Part shown: in pieces, positions 12,062 through 26,067 of the stretch
Layout of the letters: the number at the start of each line of letters is the position of its first letter
How positions within the stretch are numbered: the first letter of the stretch is position 1
Source: Octopus vulgaris
Taxonomy: Eukaryota
Assembly: GCA_951406725.2 (NCBI GenBank)
Contig: OX597824.1
Location: 26,970,001-27,034,000 of the forward strand
Reading direction: 5' to 3'
DNA: 64,000 bases
The notes under the pieces: generated by a model
Databases searched by the model: none
Told to the model about the DNA's origin: nothing
Seen by the model: only the letters and a program-made list of their open reading frames with translations
Translations under genes and position numbers: made by a program

Positions 12062-12303
12062 GTTTCCTTCTTTTTTTCAAATTTTCTTCCATTTCTTGCT
12101 AGGTGTTTTCCGTACACCTAGAACAGAGAAGTTCATTGTATGCATTCCCATATTACACAAGCAAATTCACAGGTAAAATATGTATTTAAAAACAAATTAA
12201 CAAATAAATAAATTCATGAATGGATGTTGATTATTATTATTATTCAGGTCACTGCCTGGATCGAACTCGGAATCTTGTGGTTAGTAGCCCACTATGCCAT
12301 ATG
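11865..12303 (-). mobile_element. tRNA-headed short element carrying a hammerhead ribozyme
   Basis: Minus strand: ggcatagtgg..gattccgagttcgatccaggcagtgacctg head, (TAA)n spacer with a ~170-bp insert, a hammerhead, and an (aatgtaaat)n tail. Confidence 0.65.
11928..11971 (-). ncRNA. Minimal type I hammerhead ribozyme (canonical core)
   Basis: acac-CTGATGA-a-ggttg..cagcc-GAAA-cGTT-gtgt: stem I acac/gtgt, 5-bp stem II, GUU triplet. Confidence 0.75.
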
Positions 12304-13255
12304 TTATATAGTGTAATTTATGTGCATATCGTAGTCAAGTGACACAGCTGATTAAAATCATCTGTAAAGAGCTAACTAATATAGGAGCCTCTAAGTGGCT
12401 GGTCGAATTGCTAGAAATAAGCGCCCAAATCGCCCTCAAACGACACACACATATATAAGTATACTATAAAGTAAAAATTTTATTGAAAAATGGCGTCCTT
12501 GATATATGAAACCCTGTAAAAGATACACTTGTAAAAGATGGCCGCCAATCTTAAAACTTGAACGTCGTTTTTTCATAGGTTTACTCGATTATGGCAGATC
12601 TAGGGCTGTGCAACAACAACAACAACGATAGCGATAACAACATCACGTGACCTATAACAATACAACAACAATAATAAAAAATCTGTAATTAAATATCTCA
12701 TCAAACGCCTTTTAACTCTTCGTTCCAATCTCAATTTTCACAAACCTCATTGGAAATCAATTAAAGATGAGGTCAATAAATTAAAATGGGTCAAATATGC
12801 ATGCGCATGTGCATACGTGCTTGTATGGGTGTGTATGTTTGTGTATTTGTGTATGTGCCTTTCTGTGTGTGCAAGTGTGTGTATATATATATGTGTGTGT
12901 GCGTGTGCGTGTGTGTGTGTATAAGTGCCTTTATGTATGTGTGTATATATATATGCATTTGTGTTAGTTTATGTATGTGTGTATATATATATGCATTGTG
13001 TATATACGTGCTTATGTGTGTGCCTTTGTGCGTGTTTGTGTGTATATATATATGTGTGTGTGCTTTTATGTGTGTATGTGCATGTGTAGATGTGTAAGTG
13101 TATTTGTGTGTGTATATATGTGAATGCATTTGTGTACAATTGTGAGCATGCGCCTTTGTGTGTCTGTATTCATGTGTATATTTGAGCACATGTGCCTTTG
13201 TGTATTGTAGTGGTGGTGTGGTGTTGTTGTTGTTGTTGTTGGTGGTGGTGGTGCT

Positions 13256-13294
<39 letters not shown>

Positions 13295-13766
13295 AAATGT
13301 TTGTATCGTTGTGTGTGAGTTTCGTATGCCCTCGTCCCGTGCCTCCGTGTGACAAAGATGTAACAATTTACACAATTTATGTCAACAATTCTTGCTTTAT
13401 GCATTAAATATGTCACAGTTCGCAAAATTATTTCATGTCAGGGACGGAGAAAATAGTCATGAGACGAAGGACAAAGGTCTGGAATCGATTAAATAGACAA
13501 AGAAACGAACACATTAAAAACTTCTTTCGTGAAAACTGTAATTCTCTAATGAAACATTCCCACGAGAGAGAAGCGCTGTGTCAAAAAGATATAAAACGAA
13601 ACGTGAAGCTTTCTTCGGTATTTACAAAAGAGCCAGCTGTAAAGCAGTAGGAAATATGACCTTTGTCTCTAGGGAAGAGCTTATTGATTGAATATTTTAC
13701 GGTCTAATGAACCTGGTCCCCTTACAAACGGATATGACAAGGCGAAAAGCCGAGAAGCTTCTATAT

Positions 13767-14260
13767 CAATAGTTCTCAATAGCGGTCCACATGACCCTTT
13801 GAGGGCCCACATAAAATTTTATTGTTAAAGTTTATGTGAAATGTAGTGGTTATACTTCTACAATACATAAAATATTTCAGCCAATCTAAAAAATATAATT
13901 CTCAATAATATTCTGTTGTGTCTGGAGAGAGTCATTTTCTTTTTGTGCCTTATGATGTAACACACTCACCGATAAAATTTTCGTTACCTCTTGCAACCTT
14001 TTCAATAGTCTTGACTCTGTCCGTTACGCAAAGAAAATTTTAGGAAAATAAAAATAAGAAAATAAGTGGAAATTTTACCGGTGAGTGTTACATTATAAGG
14101 CACAAAAAGAAAATGTCTCTTTCAATAATATTTGATTATGAAAATATAATGAGATTTTTCTAAACAATGAATGAGATTTTTTTTAAGCAGTGAATGAAGT
14201 CCACCCGAGTAAAATAGAAATCAAAGGGGTCACTAGGTACAAAATGCTTGAGAACCGTTG
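13767..14260. mobile_element. hAT (Charlie-like) MITE
   Basis: TIRs caatagttctcaa / ttgagaaccgttg; 8-bp TSD ttctatat / ttctataa. Confidence 0.85.
13913..14121. mobile_element. Palindromic Penelope-related short element nested in the hAT MITE
   Basis: ~55-bp inverted arms (gtcattttctttttgtgccttat..cactcacc); flanking 11-bp direct repeat tcaataatatt; U3-A8 hammerhead-like motif on minus strand at 13973-14008; relative at 39335-39485. Confidence 0.65.
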
Positions 14261-14660
14261 TTCTATAAGGTCGCTCGATCTTGAAGAAATAGCAGTCAAA
14301 ACACGCTGAAATAAATTTTCTATAATATTTACAGAAGTGACAAATCTAGAACACTAAAAAATATGACCTTTGTTTGGAGGGCATAGCTCATTGATAGAAA
14401 AGTTCACAGTTGAAAGAACATAGGCCTTGAGTAGAAGCACACGACAAGTCAAAGAACCGCAAAAGTTGCTTATTTATGGTGCAATGGTCTCGTAGAAATA
14501 ACAGTTAAATTCCTCTGAAAGCAAGTCACATCGTATTATCTTAGAAAGAGAAGGTAAAGGAATAAACTGAAAATAAAAGGTGATCACTTGTAGAATATTC
14601 GGTTTCTAAAAATACGAGATGTGTAACTGTTATCCGGTCTCTATCTTCGTAATAAACCAA

Positions 14661-15060
14661 TCTCTCTCTATATAAAGCTGAAGTTGTCTGTGTATGGCAG
14701 GTTTGGTAGCCTTCAACTAACACTATCTCCTCCGAGACCCTGCGGTGAAAGTTGATCAAAATTGAGAGTATGTTAGAAGAAGGCTTGCTCTTCTTTCTGT
14801 AGAAGAAAAAAATTCAAATCGGACCATGTTAACACCAAAAATTATTTACATCAAAAAGGTGCTTATTTTCTATGAAAAGCCCTATTTTTTACGATTTTTT
14901 CACTGCTGTGTCGTCATTTCCCGATGTATTTCAACCAGAAAAATGTTCACTTAAAGAGAATAACAAGCTACATAAGGCACAATTTTTACTTTTCAAAAAT
15001 TCCAATTCTAAAGAGTCGAAAAGAAAGCAAACCCGAGCAAGGCCGTTGTGATACTGCTAG
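14661..15060 (+). mobile_element. Non-autonomous Helitron
   Basis: A|TCTCTCTCTATATAAAG 5' end; 3' acccgagcaaggccg..tactgCTAG|T. Confidence 0.75.
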
Positions 15061-15154
15061 TGTATGATAAAAGTAAATTATTAAGATATCTGAGTTCAAA
15101 TTTCGCATTCAGTTGGCACAGAATTCAATAAAAGACTCTGCACCAACATTCGTG

Positions 15155-15425
15155 GTGAGGCTGCGCGGTAGAAGGTTTGCTTTCCAACCACATGGTTTCA
15201 AGTTCAATCACATTGCGACGCACCTTCCGGAAGTGCCTTCTACTAGAACCACTACGGATCAACCGATGGCTTGTGAGTGGATTTGGTAGACCGAAACAGA
15301 AAGACGCCCGTCGTATATGTACATATATATGCGTGTGTGTTTGTCGTTGTGCCTGCGCTTTCCACCACCACCCACCATCACCTCTTACAACCGGTGTTAG
15401 TTTCTTTATGTACCCATATCGTAGC
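15155..15425 (+). mobile_element. SINE family A, 3' truncated
   Basis: tttgctttccaaccacatggtttcaagttcaatc..ttgtgagtggatttggtagac..gcccgtcgtatat. Confidence 0.75.
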
Positions 15426-15459
15426 GATATGGGTACATACAGTATATATATATGGGCAC

Positions 15460-15536
<77 letters not shown>

Positions 15537-15587
15537 CTATATATATCTATATCTATATTTATATCTATATTTATATCTATATCTATT

Positions 15588-15730
<143 letters not shown>

Positions 15731-15738
15731 CATATATA

Positions 15739-16916
15739 TCTATATATATAAACTGAGAATGTGTCTGTCTGTCTGTGTATTTCCCTAAAACTTGAGAACT
15801 ACACAACCAATTTCATTCAAATTTTACACATGCCTTACTTAGGGTCCGGGGAGTGTTATCGGCAAAAGAAAAATGTTTAACTTTTTGCCTAGGGCGAGCC
15901 CACAGTAATATCATATCTTCTCCACTACGATTCCCTAAAACTTGAGAACTACACAACAAATTTCATTCAAACTTTACACATACCTTACTTAGGGTCCATG
16001 TAGCTTCATGGGCAAAACAAATGTTCAACTTCTTGCCGAGAGCGAGCCCATAGCAATATCATATCTTCTCCACTATTTCAGTATTACGTGTTAAAAGTGA
16101 AACAAAAACATTTCTCTATTTTATGTTAGATACTTTCACTTTAACAATAAAAATAGTAATAACAACTGAATTATATGTAGTAAGTAATAATTAAAATAAA
16201 AGTAAAGTATAATATAATCGTAACATAACAAAAGTAAAAATAGCAATTGGTATAAAATTGCATTAATGACTTGAACTTGAATATGTGGTTTCACATGAAT
16301 GGGAATAAATTAAAAATAAAATTAGCGTGCAGAAATGGAATAGTCCAGATCGATTATAAAAAATTAAATTAAAGAAAAGACTATTGTCTATAAAGTATAC
16401 AATGTAGAGAAAAAAGAAGATTTGAACACCTGGAGGAAAGCACCATCGAAAAGTGTCTTGGTGCGACTATGAAAGATATCTAATCAGAGGCAGTAAATTC
16501 GCCAGAATAGAAGCAAGGTTCGAGTCAACGGAGCGTGCAAGGGAGTACTCGACTCGAACTTGCAAAGTGGACATATTTTATTTTTACCTTTATATCTGGG
16601 ACGTAGGACGTCCCGGAAAAAAAATTTTAAATGCCCCACCCCGCTGAAGTTGAGGTAGGTTGGATTATAGCCACACTTCTATACAAGAGGGAGGACAAGA
16701 TACAATTGATTGAAATTGCAAGAGACGGTCTTACAATTCCAGTCTGTTATATATTTCGAGTATTGTTATCACTAGCGATATCAAGATATAACTTTGTATT
16801 TTGTATTTTATGTGTAGATGTATATATATAGATGTACATGTAATATGTACGCATATATATACACATATATACATGCACTAGCACTATGACCAGGCAACGA
16901 CGGGTCATAATGCTAG
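15739..16916 (+). mobile_element. Non-autonomous Helitron with internal 150-bp tandem duplication
   Basis: A|TCTATATATATAAA..(gtct)n start; 3' gaccaggcaacgacgggtc hairpin plus CTAG|T; units ttccctaaaacttgagaactacacaac at 15781 and 15931. Confidence 0.8.
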
Positions 16917-16920
16917 TATA

Positions 16921-16961
<41 letters not shown>

Positions 16962-17375
16962 TATTACTCTTTTATTTATTTCAGTCATTAGACTGTGGCT
17001 ATGCTGGGGCACAGCCTTGAAGAATTGTAGTCGAACAAATCAATCCTAGTTCTTTTCTTATTGTTATTGTTAAACCTGGTACTCATTCTATCGATATCTT
17101 TTGCCGAACCACTAAGCTATTGGGGACACAAACACACCAACGCCAGTTGTCAGGTGGTGGTGGGACAAAGACAAGCACGAAAACACACATAGACACATAC
17201 ACATACATATATATATACGGCGGGCTTCTTTCAGTTTCTGTCTACTAAATCCACTCACAAGGCTTTGGTCAAGACGCTTGCACGTAGAAGGTACTTGCAC
17301 AAGGTGCCTCGCAGTGGGACTGAATTCGGAATCATGTGGTTAGGAAAGAAGCTTCTTACCACACAGTCACACTTG
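16962..17375 (-). mobile_element. SINE family A, near full length
   Basis: ttcagtcattagactgtggctatgctggggc..gggcttctttcagtttc..gcagtgggactgaa..cttaccacacag. Confidence 0.85.
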
Positions 17376-17564
17376 CGCTAAATATATAAATGTATGTGTG
17401 TGTTTGTGCACGTGCATGTGTGTGTGTGTATGTATGTATGTGTGTGTGTAACGTGTATACTCGGACACAAACATTCTAATTTCTGTGTATGCACGTATAC
17501 TCATATTTACGTTTATGAAAATGCATGCATGTGTATGAGAGTATGTGCACCTATGTATGAATAC

Positions 17565-17611
<47 letters not shown>

Positions 17612-18162
17612 GTGCATATACGTGTGTGATAATCTCCGTATGGCCACTCTCCATCTACACCATTTTTTTTTACTTTTGCATCCTTCACTGCTCACCGTGT
17701 CATTCCTACCACCACACAGCATATATCCCATTTTCTCTGTTTATTAAGACAAGGTCATGCGTTCTTACTCATCACATATCAATTCTCTTCACGTTTATCT
17801 ATTTGTTACTCATCTCCTCATCATCTTTGCTTCTTCTAATATACAGTAATCAGACTTCATATCTCCAAAAACATGATGCCATTCTCTTCCAGCGCCTTCT
17901 CCACTCACTTTTCATCCAATTCTTTACTTTATATTCGTGTTGTTTTCCTTATCTTTTCATCTTCCTAATTTCCGTCTTTCATTCTTTGTCCCATAGCAGC
18001 GCCACTATGCGGCCTTCCCATCAACACCAGTTCCGCCATTCTTTAAAAAATATCACTTACAACAAACAATCGGGCAAAGGCTGCTAGAATATTTCAAGCA
18101 ATCATAGGAACTGGGACAGTCAAGTGTTTGTGCGTATGTTTTTAATCAATCAATCAATCGAC

Positions 18163-18164
<2 letters not shown>

Positions 18165-18242
<78 letters not shown>

Positions 18243-18330
18243 TCAATAGACAGATAGATAGCCTTGAAACGACATCTCTGTCTGGCTCTCTATCTCTGTC
18301 TGTCTCTCTATCTCTGTTTCTGTCTCTGTC

Positions 18331-18367
<37 letters not shown>

Positions 18368-18368
18368 A

Positions 18369-18422
<54 letters not shown>

Positions 18423-18485
18423 GCTAGCTAGCTAGCTAGCTACCTACCTACCTACCAACCTACCTACATACCTACCTACTTAGCC

Positions 18486-18529
<44 letters not shown>

Positions 18530-18549
18530 GCCTGTCCTTCTAGCTGGCC

Positions 18550-18600
<51 letters not shown>
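18165..18600. repeat. Compound microsatellite (GATA)n / (TATC)n / (TC)n
   Basis: Direct reading. Confidence 0.95.
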
Positions 18601-18601
<1 letters not shown>

Positions 18602-19439
18602 GTACACGCAGACACAGACACACACACACACACATATATATATATAAATGCATACACGCACATAAATACACACACACACAGCATAATTTAAATATCTTTT
18701 AGTGCATTAACGTATAGTGTAAGCTACTAGTTCGATAGAAGTTCAATATTCAGTTTAGTACGATAACAAAATAAATACAAATGCATAAACATGGTTTAGG
18801 ACTCTACCTTCTGTGGCAGTGTGTAGGAATACATTCATAAAGCTCTGTGATAAAGTCTAGAGACATCGGCCTACCGGATTCAAAATATCTATATGATGAT
18901 AGGATTTATAACATGTAATGATTTCGTGGTGGACAACCGACCAGACATTGTTCTCAAACATGTAGAAATGTTATCTTACAGCTTGTACTAATCCTTGTGT
19001 CACGAAATAGATAGACAGTGTTGATAGTCACGAAATAGATAGACACTCCTTTTGTCGCTTGGTGTGATAGAAATAGTAGTCAAGTTTTCATCAAATTATA
19101 GCCTATTGTACATGAAAAGACATACTTGGGTAGTAAAATCGGGGATACGCTGTCGCTGAATAACCGACGAGATGGTCATGGATAGCATACTTTTGGTCAT
19201 ATGTTTGCTTTTATACGGTGCAACCTGGAGCTAAATAAAGGCAATGAAAGAGGTACTCAATCTGTAAGCTATAGCAGCTAGCTATTTCTGGAATCACCAC
19301 TACCGCTTTCATCCCTACCACGGTCACAACCACGAGCATTACCACAAACACCACTGACACCACTATATGCTGTCACCAATACTACCATCATAACTACGAA
19401 CGCAGTCAGCGTTACTACTGTTACAACAGTTACTAATGC

Positions 19440-19901
19440 CCCTAATACCACCACCATCGCCACCACCACTACAACCACCATCTCCACTGCCACCACCACT
19501 ACCACCGTATTACCACCGCCACTACCTCCACCACTACCACCACCAACATAACAGCCACCACCACCACTACCACTACCACCACCACCACCGCCACCAACAC
19601 TACCACCACCACCTCCACCTCTACCACAACCAACATAACAGCCACCACCACCATTACCAACACCACCACCACTAATCCACCACCACCACCACCACCACCA
19701 CCACCACCACCATCACCCCTCCACTAACAAGAACAACACCACTCACACCACCACCGCTAACATTGTCACCACTATTTGCTACCACCAATACCACTCACAC
19801 ACCGTTACCATTGCTCTTGTTACAACAGCGATACCATCACTACCACCACCACCACCACCGCCAGTCTCATCGCATTTATAATCACCACCATCAATATTAC
19901 C

Positions 19902-19938
<37 letters not shown>

Positions 19939-19990
19939 CCTCTATCCGCACTACCACCGATACCACCAACATCATCAGCACAACCAAGAC
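19440..19990. repeat. Degenerate (CAC/CAA)n trinucleotide tract
   Basis: Direct reading; source of the poly-H/T/V ORFs. Confidence 0.9.
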
Positions 19991-20539
19991 AACAAAAAAA
20001 AACAAAAAAAAAAACAAACATACTTCTCTATTTAGAAATTATATCATAGAAGTCAAACTTCACTTTTAAGTGCAACCTGAGATATCAACTCCATATAATC
20101 GAAATCAGTATATTAATTCTGCCATTTGATATCGTAGAAAATATTATTTGGATATGTGATATCCTTTTCTTTTTTTTTTTTTTTTTCATGCCGATATCAT
20201 TATATCAATAATAGCATTCTATCGTTGTTGTTATTTGCTTTTTGTTGTTGTTGCTGTTGTTGTTGCTGTTGCTATTCCACTTTCTTTTCACTTTACTCTG
20301 TGGCTATTTCAACTAAGTGTGGATTATCCCATGAGATACGTTTTATCTTAGATTGAGAAAAACTTTTCTCTGGTTTTATGTACGTGCTACCTGAGAATTA
20401 TTGCATGCATACATACAGCTATTTCTAATAAGCGAGTGAGAGTGTACACATACACACACTTGTTGTAAATAGGTGTATGAATGTATGCAATATTATATAT
20501 GCACATATACATACATATATATAGACATATATATATATG

Positions 20540-20574
<35 letters not shown>

Positions 20575-20578
20575 ATAT

Positions 20579-20623
<45 letters not shown>

Positions 20624-20719
20624 AATTTATATAAATATATAGATATACGAATATGTATATCAATGTAAATTCATATATATGTGAGCGTCTATGTGCATAA
20701 AATATATATATATGTATGA

Positions 20720-20816
<97 letters not shown>

Positions 20817-20989
20817 TACATGTATGCGCATACATTTATAGACGCATACATATCGAATTTATTTTCATTGTGCGCCTATACAGTGATTATACTAAGAAAC
20901 TCACGAAAACATACGCTTATACTCACGTCCTCAGATGTACATATATACACCTGCTTCTGACTTTCATTCAATTTCTGTTTATATATACG

Positions 20990-21036
<47 letters not shown>

Positions 21037-21318
21037 GTACAAACACACACACAAACACACGCACACATACACACGCACACATATATGCGAGATATATGCG
21101 AGTGTATGTGTGTATGTGTATGTGTATATATGTATGATATATAAATATATATGCATATATACATAGGTATATATGTGTATATATATACACACACATAAAC
21201 ACCCACCCACACACGCACACAAAAATATACATATATATACATAAGTATATATATGTACACGTTGGTACAGGTAAATGCATTCTTAGATATGTAAGTAAAA
21301 ATACATTATATATATACA

Positions 21319-21424
<106 letters not shown>

Positions 21425-21629
21425 AGCTTATACGTTAAAAAAAACGGAGGTCACCAAAGAATACTCCACTCGTATTTTTTAGCAGATTTATTTGTCCACA
21501 TCCTTTAATTCAATCCGTCTCTGTACGGAGTTACATTCTCGATGCGATCTTTGATGCGACAATATAAATTAATGATGAATTTGAATTAGGCTGTAGCAGA
21601 AAGCAAAAAACAATGTAATAAGTATAATA

Positions 21630-21915
21630 AGGAGCACTCCGTCGGTTACGACGACGAGGGTCCCAACTGATACGATCAACGGAACAGCTAGCTCGTGAAA
21701 TTAACGTGCAAATGGCTGAACACTTCACAGACACGTGTAACCGTAACGTAGTTCTCAGGGAAATACAGATACTACTTACTCATTTTTGCCAGCTGAGTGG
21801 ACTTGAGCAATGAGAAATTAATTGTCTTGCTCAAGGACACAACGCGTCACCGAGAATTGAATTCACGACCTTAGGATCGTGCGCTAAATGCCTTAACCAC
21901 TAAGCCATGCGCCTA
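21630..21915 (-). mobile_element. SINE family C1 (internal deletion)
   Basis: ggagcactccgtcggttacgacgacgagggtcc..ctcaaggacacaacgcgtc..taaccactaagcc. Confidence 0.85.
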
Positions 21916-22239
21916 TAAAAAACAATAGACGGTCGGTGTCCATACGAAGTTCTTTCTACCCCAGGTCATTTTTTTTTTTTTATCATTCTTTATTGAATAA
22001 TCTGGAGAGGACTCTGGGTAGTGGCTGTTTGTATGTTCTCATTTCTCTTAAGGTAGATCATTTTGAGCCAACCCATTAGATTCTATAAAAATAATGTGTA
22101 GAGCATCGTGTACTGATTTCCTGTGAAATCTAATCCACTATTTCATTTTAGTTTTCGCCTGAAAGATGACATGGTGCGTAAAATTCTTTTTTTCTTCTTT
22201 TAGCGACTGTGCAAATATGAAAGGTTCGTACATACTACA

Positions 22240-22712
22240 TATATCCTCGTTTATCACTGAGCCATTCGTCACTGATCCAGGATAAACACGGCACGCTCAA
22301 TCGTGAATCATGTTACAACATATCACGGATTGATCTGTTATAACGCTGGACGGCGATCAATCAAACTGGCTGTTTGTGATATAGAAGCTCGCCACAGCGA
22401 TCATCCACAATCTTAGCTATCCAGATTACATTGGCTATGGAGCTTACAAGACTGTACTGCGAGGCCGAAAAAGGTTTTTATAAAAGTTTGCGTACCAGTA
22501 TCCACCAATATGGAACAAATAAACAGAAAAATTACGAAGGCACCTCATCCTTAATACAGACAAAAAATGTGTGGCACAGGAAGCTCCGCTACTATGGGCC
22601 ACGAGTCTACCGTTCGTTCCATTTATAAAGTGTGTGGAGGTGATTCATTTATCACTGATTTTCCTAACACTGTATTTTTCTGGTACTAAACCCCTGTGAC
22701 AAATAAAGACAG
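22240..22712. mobile_element. Tigger/pogo-like MITE (relative of 1645-2095)
   Basis: cctcgtttatcactga..cggattgatctgt..gattcatttatcactgattt..gtgacaaataaag. Confidence 0.6.
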
Positions 22713-23405
22713 ATGCACATCAGCACACTATCCAAGAAATACAGAAGTGTACAACATTAGCCATCAAAATGTAAAGTTATTGAGAAAAGGCCTGAGAATA
22801 AAAAAAAAACTCGTGAAATATGAGAGATATAACACTAAATGAAGTACTCAGTCTTTAAAAAATTTCTAACCTGAGCCAAACATACCACTGTAAATTGTAA
22901 CGTCAACAGTTAAAATATGCAAACGTCTTAACTGCGAAATCTATATTTGATTTGTTAAAAGCGAAAATTATGAATTAACGCTAAAAAATATTTATGGCTA
23001 GAAATAACATTTCTTGTGAATGGGAAAAAAATCTTTGCACTTATATTAAACAAATTATTTCCGGAAATATCAAGTATTCCTCTTGTTCCTATATGCTAAT
23101 AATACTACCGATAAATGTTGGTGATTCAAATTTGTATACGTAGTAAGAAATACAAAACTCATCTGATGGGATTATCTACAAAGAACAGTAATTAGGATAG
23201 CTTCATACTAGCTGTATCCTTATTGATTTTACATACTGTTATTTTTATTTGTTACCTCCCCTGCAATTTTCATTGCCCTCACCTTCGGTAAGTTTGTTTT
23301 AACTATTTAATAACAGAAGGTTCTGAAACTGACTGCATATTTAAAGAACATCAATTGCATTGTTAATTCAATGAATTTATTGTATGCATTTTGTATTTTT
23401 ATATA

Positions 23406-24304
23406 CGTGGTCTGATCAAGATCAATATGTATCCGGACTGTTGCCATAGTAATGATACTAAAGAACGCAGAGTAAAGCTGCTTGGCACAGATTGACCTTG
23501 AACTCTGCTGTGCATGCGTACTAAGTTTTAACGTTCTAGCTCACTTCCGCTGTTTACAACAGTGCTTAGAATGGAGGTATGTAGCGTGTGATCGTCGCAT
23601 TGAACATGACAGAGAAAGTTGAGTAGAAAATTTGCATCAAATTTTGCCAAAAGCTTGACAATACCTGCTCAGACGCCTTCGCAAAGTTTTCAAAAAGTTT
23701 TCATCGTTCTCGATACAATCAAGGAGATCTTGTGCAACGGAAACCCGAGTGTCTTCTTGGTCAGCTTAAAGCAGTTTTGGCACAAACTTGGTAGACACGT
23801 GTCTCATACTTAAATCATCAGTGATAATGGACTAAACTGAACCATAGCTAATCTACACATCCTTTGATAACTCACGGATGGTGGTTCGACAATTTCCTCC
23901 CTCAGCATCAGGTTCATCTGTGGTGTTTTTCTCAGTTCTGCTGGTTGCTGGTCTCCGAAAACGTTCGTCAATATCGACATTTTTTCGGCCATCTTGGAAA
24001 GGTCTGAACCACTCGTACACTTGCGTGCGGCTCATACACTCCTCTCCATACACATTCTGCAACACTTCATAGACCTCTGAGCAGGTATCGCCATGACAAC
24101 TTCCTCTGTCATGGTCTGTGCGCCGATCACACGCTACACATCTTTCTTCCAAGCACTGCTCTAAACAGCAGAAGTTAGCTAAGACGTTAAAACTTAGAGC
24201 GCTTGCACACCGGTTCAGGATCAACCTTTTCCAAGTGGCTTCACTCTGTGTGCTTTAGCTTCCTTATTATGGCAACAGTCCGGATAATTATTGATCAGAC
24301 CTCG
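23406..24304 (-). mobile_element. Fold-back mariner derivative (two 5' ends)
   Basis: TA-flanked TIRs cgtggtctgatcaa / ttgatcagacctcg; inverted similarity extends ~290 bp into the transposase start; minus strand encodes the HTH VYGEECMSRTQVYEWF..F.DGR and a FVPKLL motif. Confidence 0.9.
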
Positions 24305-24437
24305 TACTTACATATATATATGTATATATTTATGTATGTACATATATGTTTGTGTGTTTGTGTGTGTGAGCGTATATCATCATATACATACTCACACATG
24401 AGCGCACGCACGCACACAGATATATAAATAGACAGAC

Positions 24438-24499
<62 letters not shown>

Positions 24500-24500
24500 G

Positions 24501-24544
<44 letters not shown>

Positions 24545-24554
24545 CAGACAGATG

Positions 24555-24589
<35 letters not shown>

Positions 24590-24598
24590 GGATGGATG

Positions 24599-24671
<73 letters not shown>

Positions 24672-24846
24672 CTTTTCTTCGTCACTCGCACGCACCATCT
24701 TTGCTACATTCACCCACCTTTTTTTGAAACTTTCACGAGACAAAACCTGCCTCTCCATTCTCACCTTTCTTTTCAAGTGATACTTGAAAAAGTTGATGAG
24801 CGATTGGCCTGAGATATAAATGTTTGTCTCTATAGATGATACATAA

Positions 24847-24908
<62 letters not shown>

Positions 24909-25611
24909 TTTAGGTAACAAACATGAAAACAGTCGTTACATATTCAAGAACAAAATCGGTTCGAATGACTTTAAGAAGTATATTATCACTATACATTGGT
25001 TTGTGCGCATAAATTTTAAAAAAGATGCATTCATTGTTAACTGAAACAATTTACCCTGGCTTGTGCATTTAATCTAAACGGAATCCCATCTTCTTCCCTT
25101 GACATTCCGTAAGCCAGGTTTTTCGTATACAGTGCTGACTGACGTATTACGTTGATGACTTTGATAGGTTTCGGCCACTTTGGGCCCAGGCCATGTCTAA
25201 CTTGTATTCGCCTGGATTTCTTGAATCCTTACATTCCATGATATCACGAATATGTATCTCATGCGCATTGAATTCAAAAGAACGCAGTACATATCACAGA
25301 TGCGCGCGTATCAGCAGCGTCAATAATCTGCATAGATATCGCTAGTATCTTAAGCCTTAAAAGATTCCACATATATTAGTAAACGCCTCAGGGAGATTAA
25401 ATTACAATTTAAGACGAAGGATTAAAATGTTCTCGAATATCCCCCTGCCGGTTACCTCCATTTTATCAAGAAGTTTCGATTTATCCCGAATAGTGTGATA
25501 ACATTCAACGCATGTCAAAATGCGGATTTGGTTTTCAAAGTACATACGACCAGCGTAAGACAGCACGCCATCCGTACACTGTTGCTAGAGAATAGCATGA
25601 TATACTTCACA

Positions 25612-25698
<87 letters not shown>

Positions 25699-25789
25699 AA
25701 CACACACACACAAACACGTAGGGGCGAGCGAATGTGTACAGATGGACTCATATGCCCAACTGCCAAGTTACGGGACAGACAGAAACAAA

Positions 25790-26026
25790 CCAGCACCGGC
25801 TGTCAAGTGGCGTTGGAAGACAAATACAAAATCATAAATACATAGATACATAGATACACACATTAATATACATATACATACATAAATGCATACATACATG
25901 CACACGGACACGCCAAGCTTCTTTCGGTTTTCATCGAATAAACCTGCATTAAAGGCCTTGCTTGGCCCAGGTTATGGTAGGAAGCACTTGCCCAAGATGC
26001 ATGCAGTGGGGCTGAACCCGGAACTG

Positions 26027-26030
<4 letters not shown>
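25790..26030 (-). mobile_element. SINE family A, degenerate
   Basis: aaccagcaccggctgtcaag..gaagcacttgcccaagatgc..gctgaacccggaac. Confidence 0.7.

Positions 26031-26067
<37 letters not shown>

Noticed and set aside
18165-18530. (GATA)n followed by (TATC)n as a functional cruciform
   Set aside because: Both repeats are so abundant here that inverted adjacency is expected by chance
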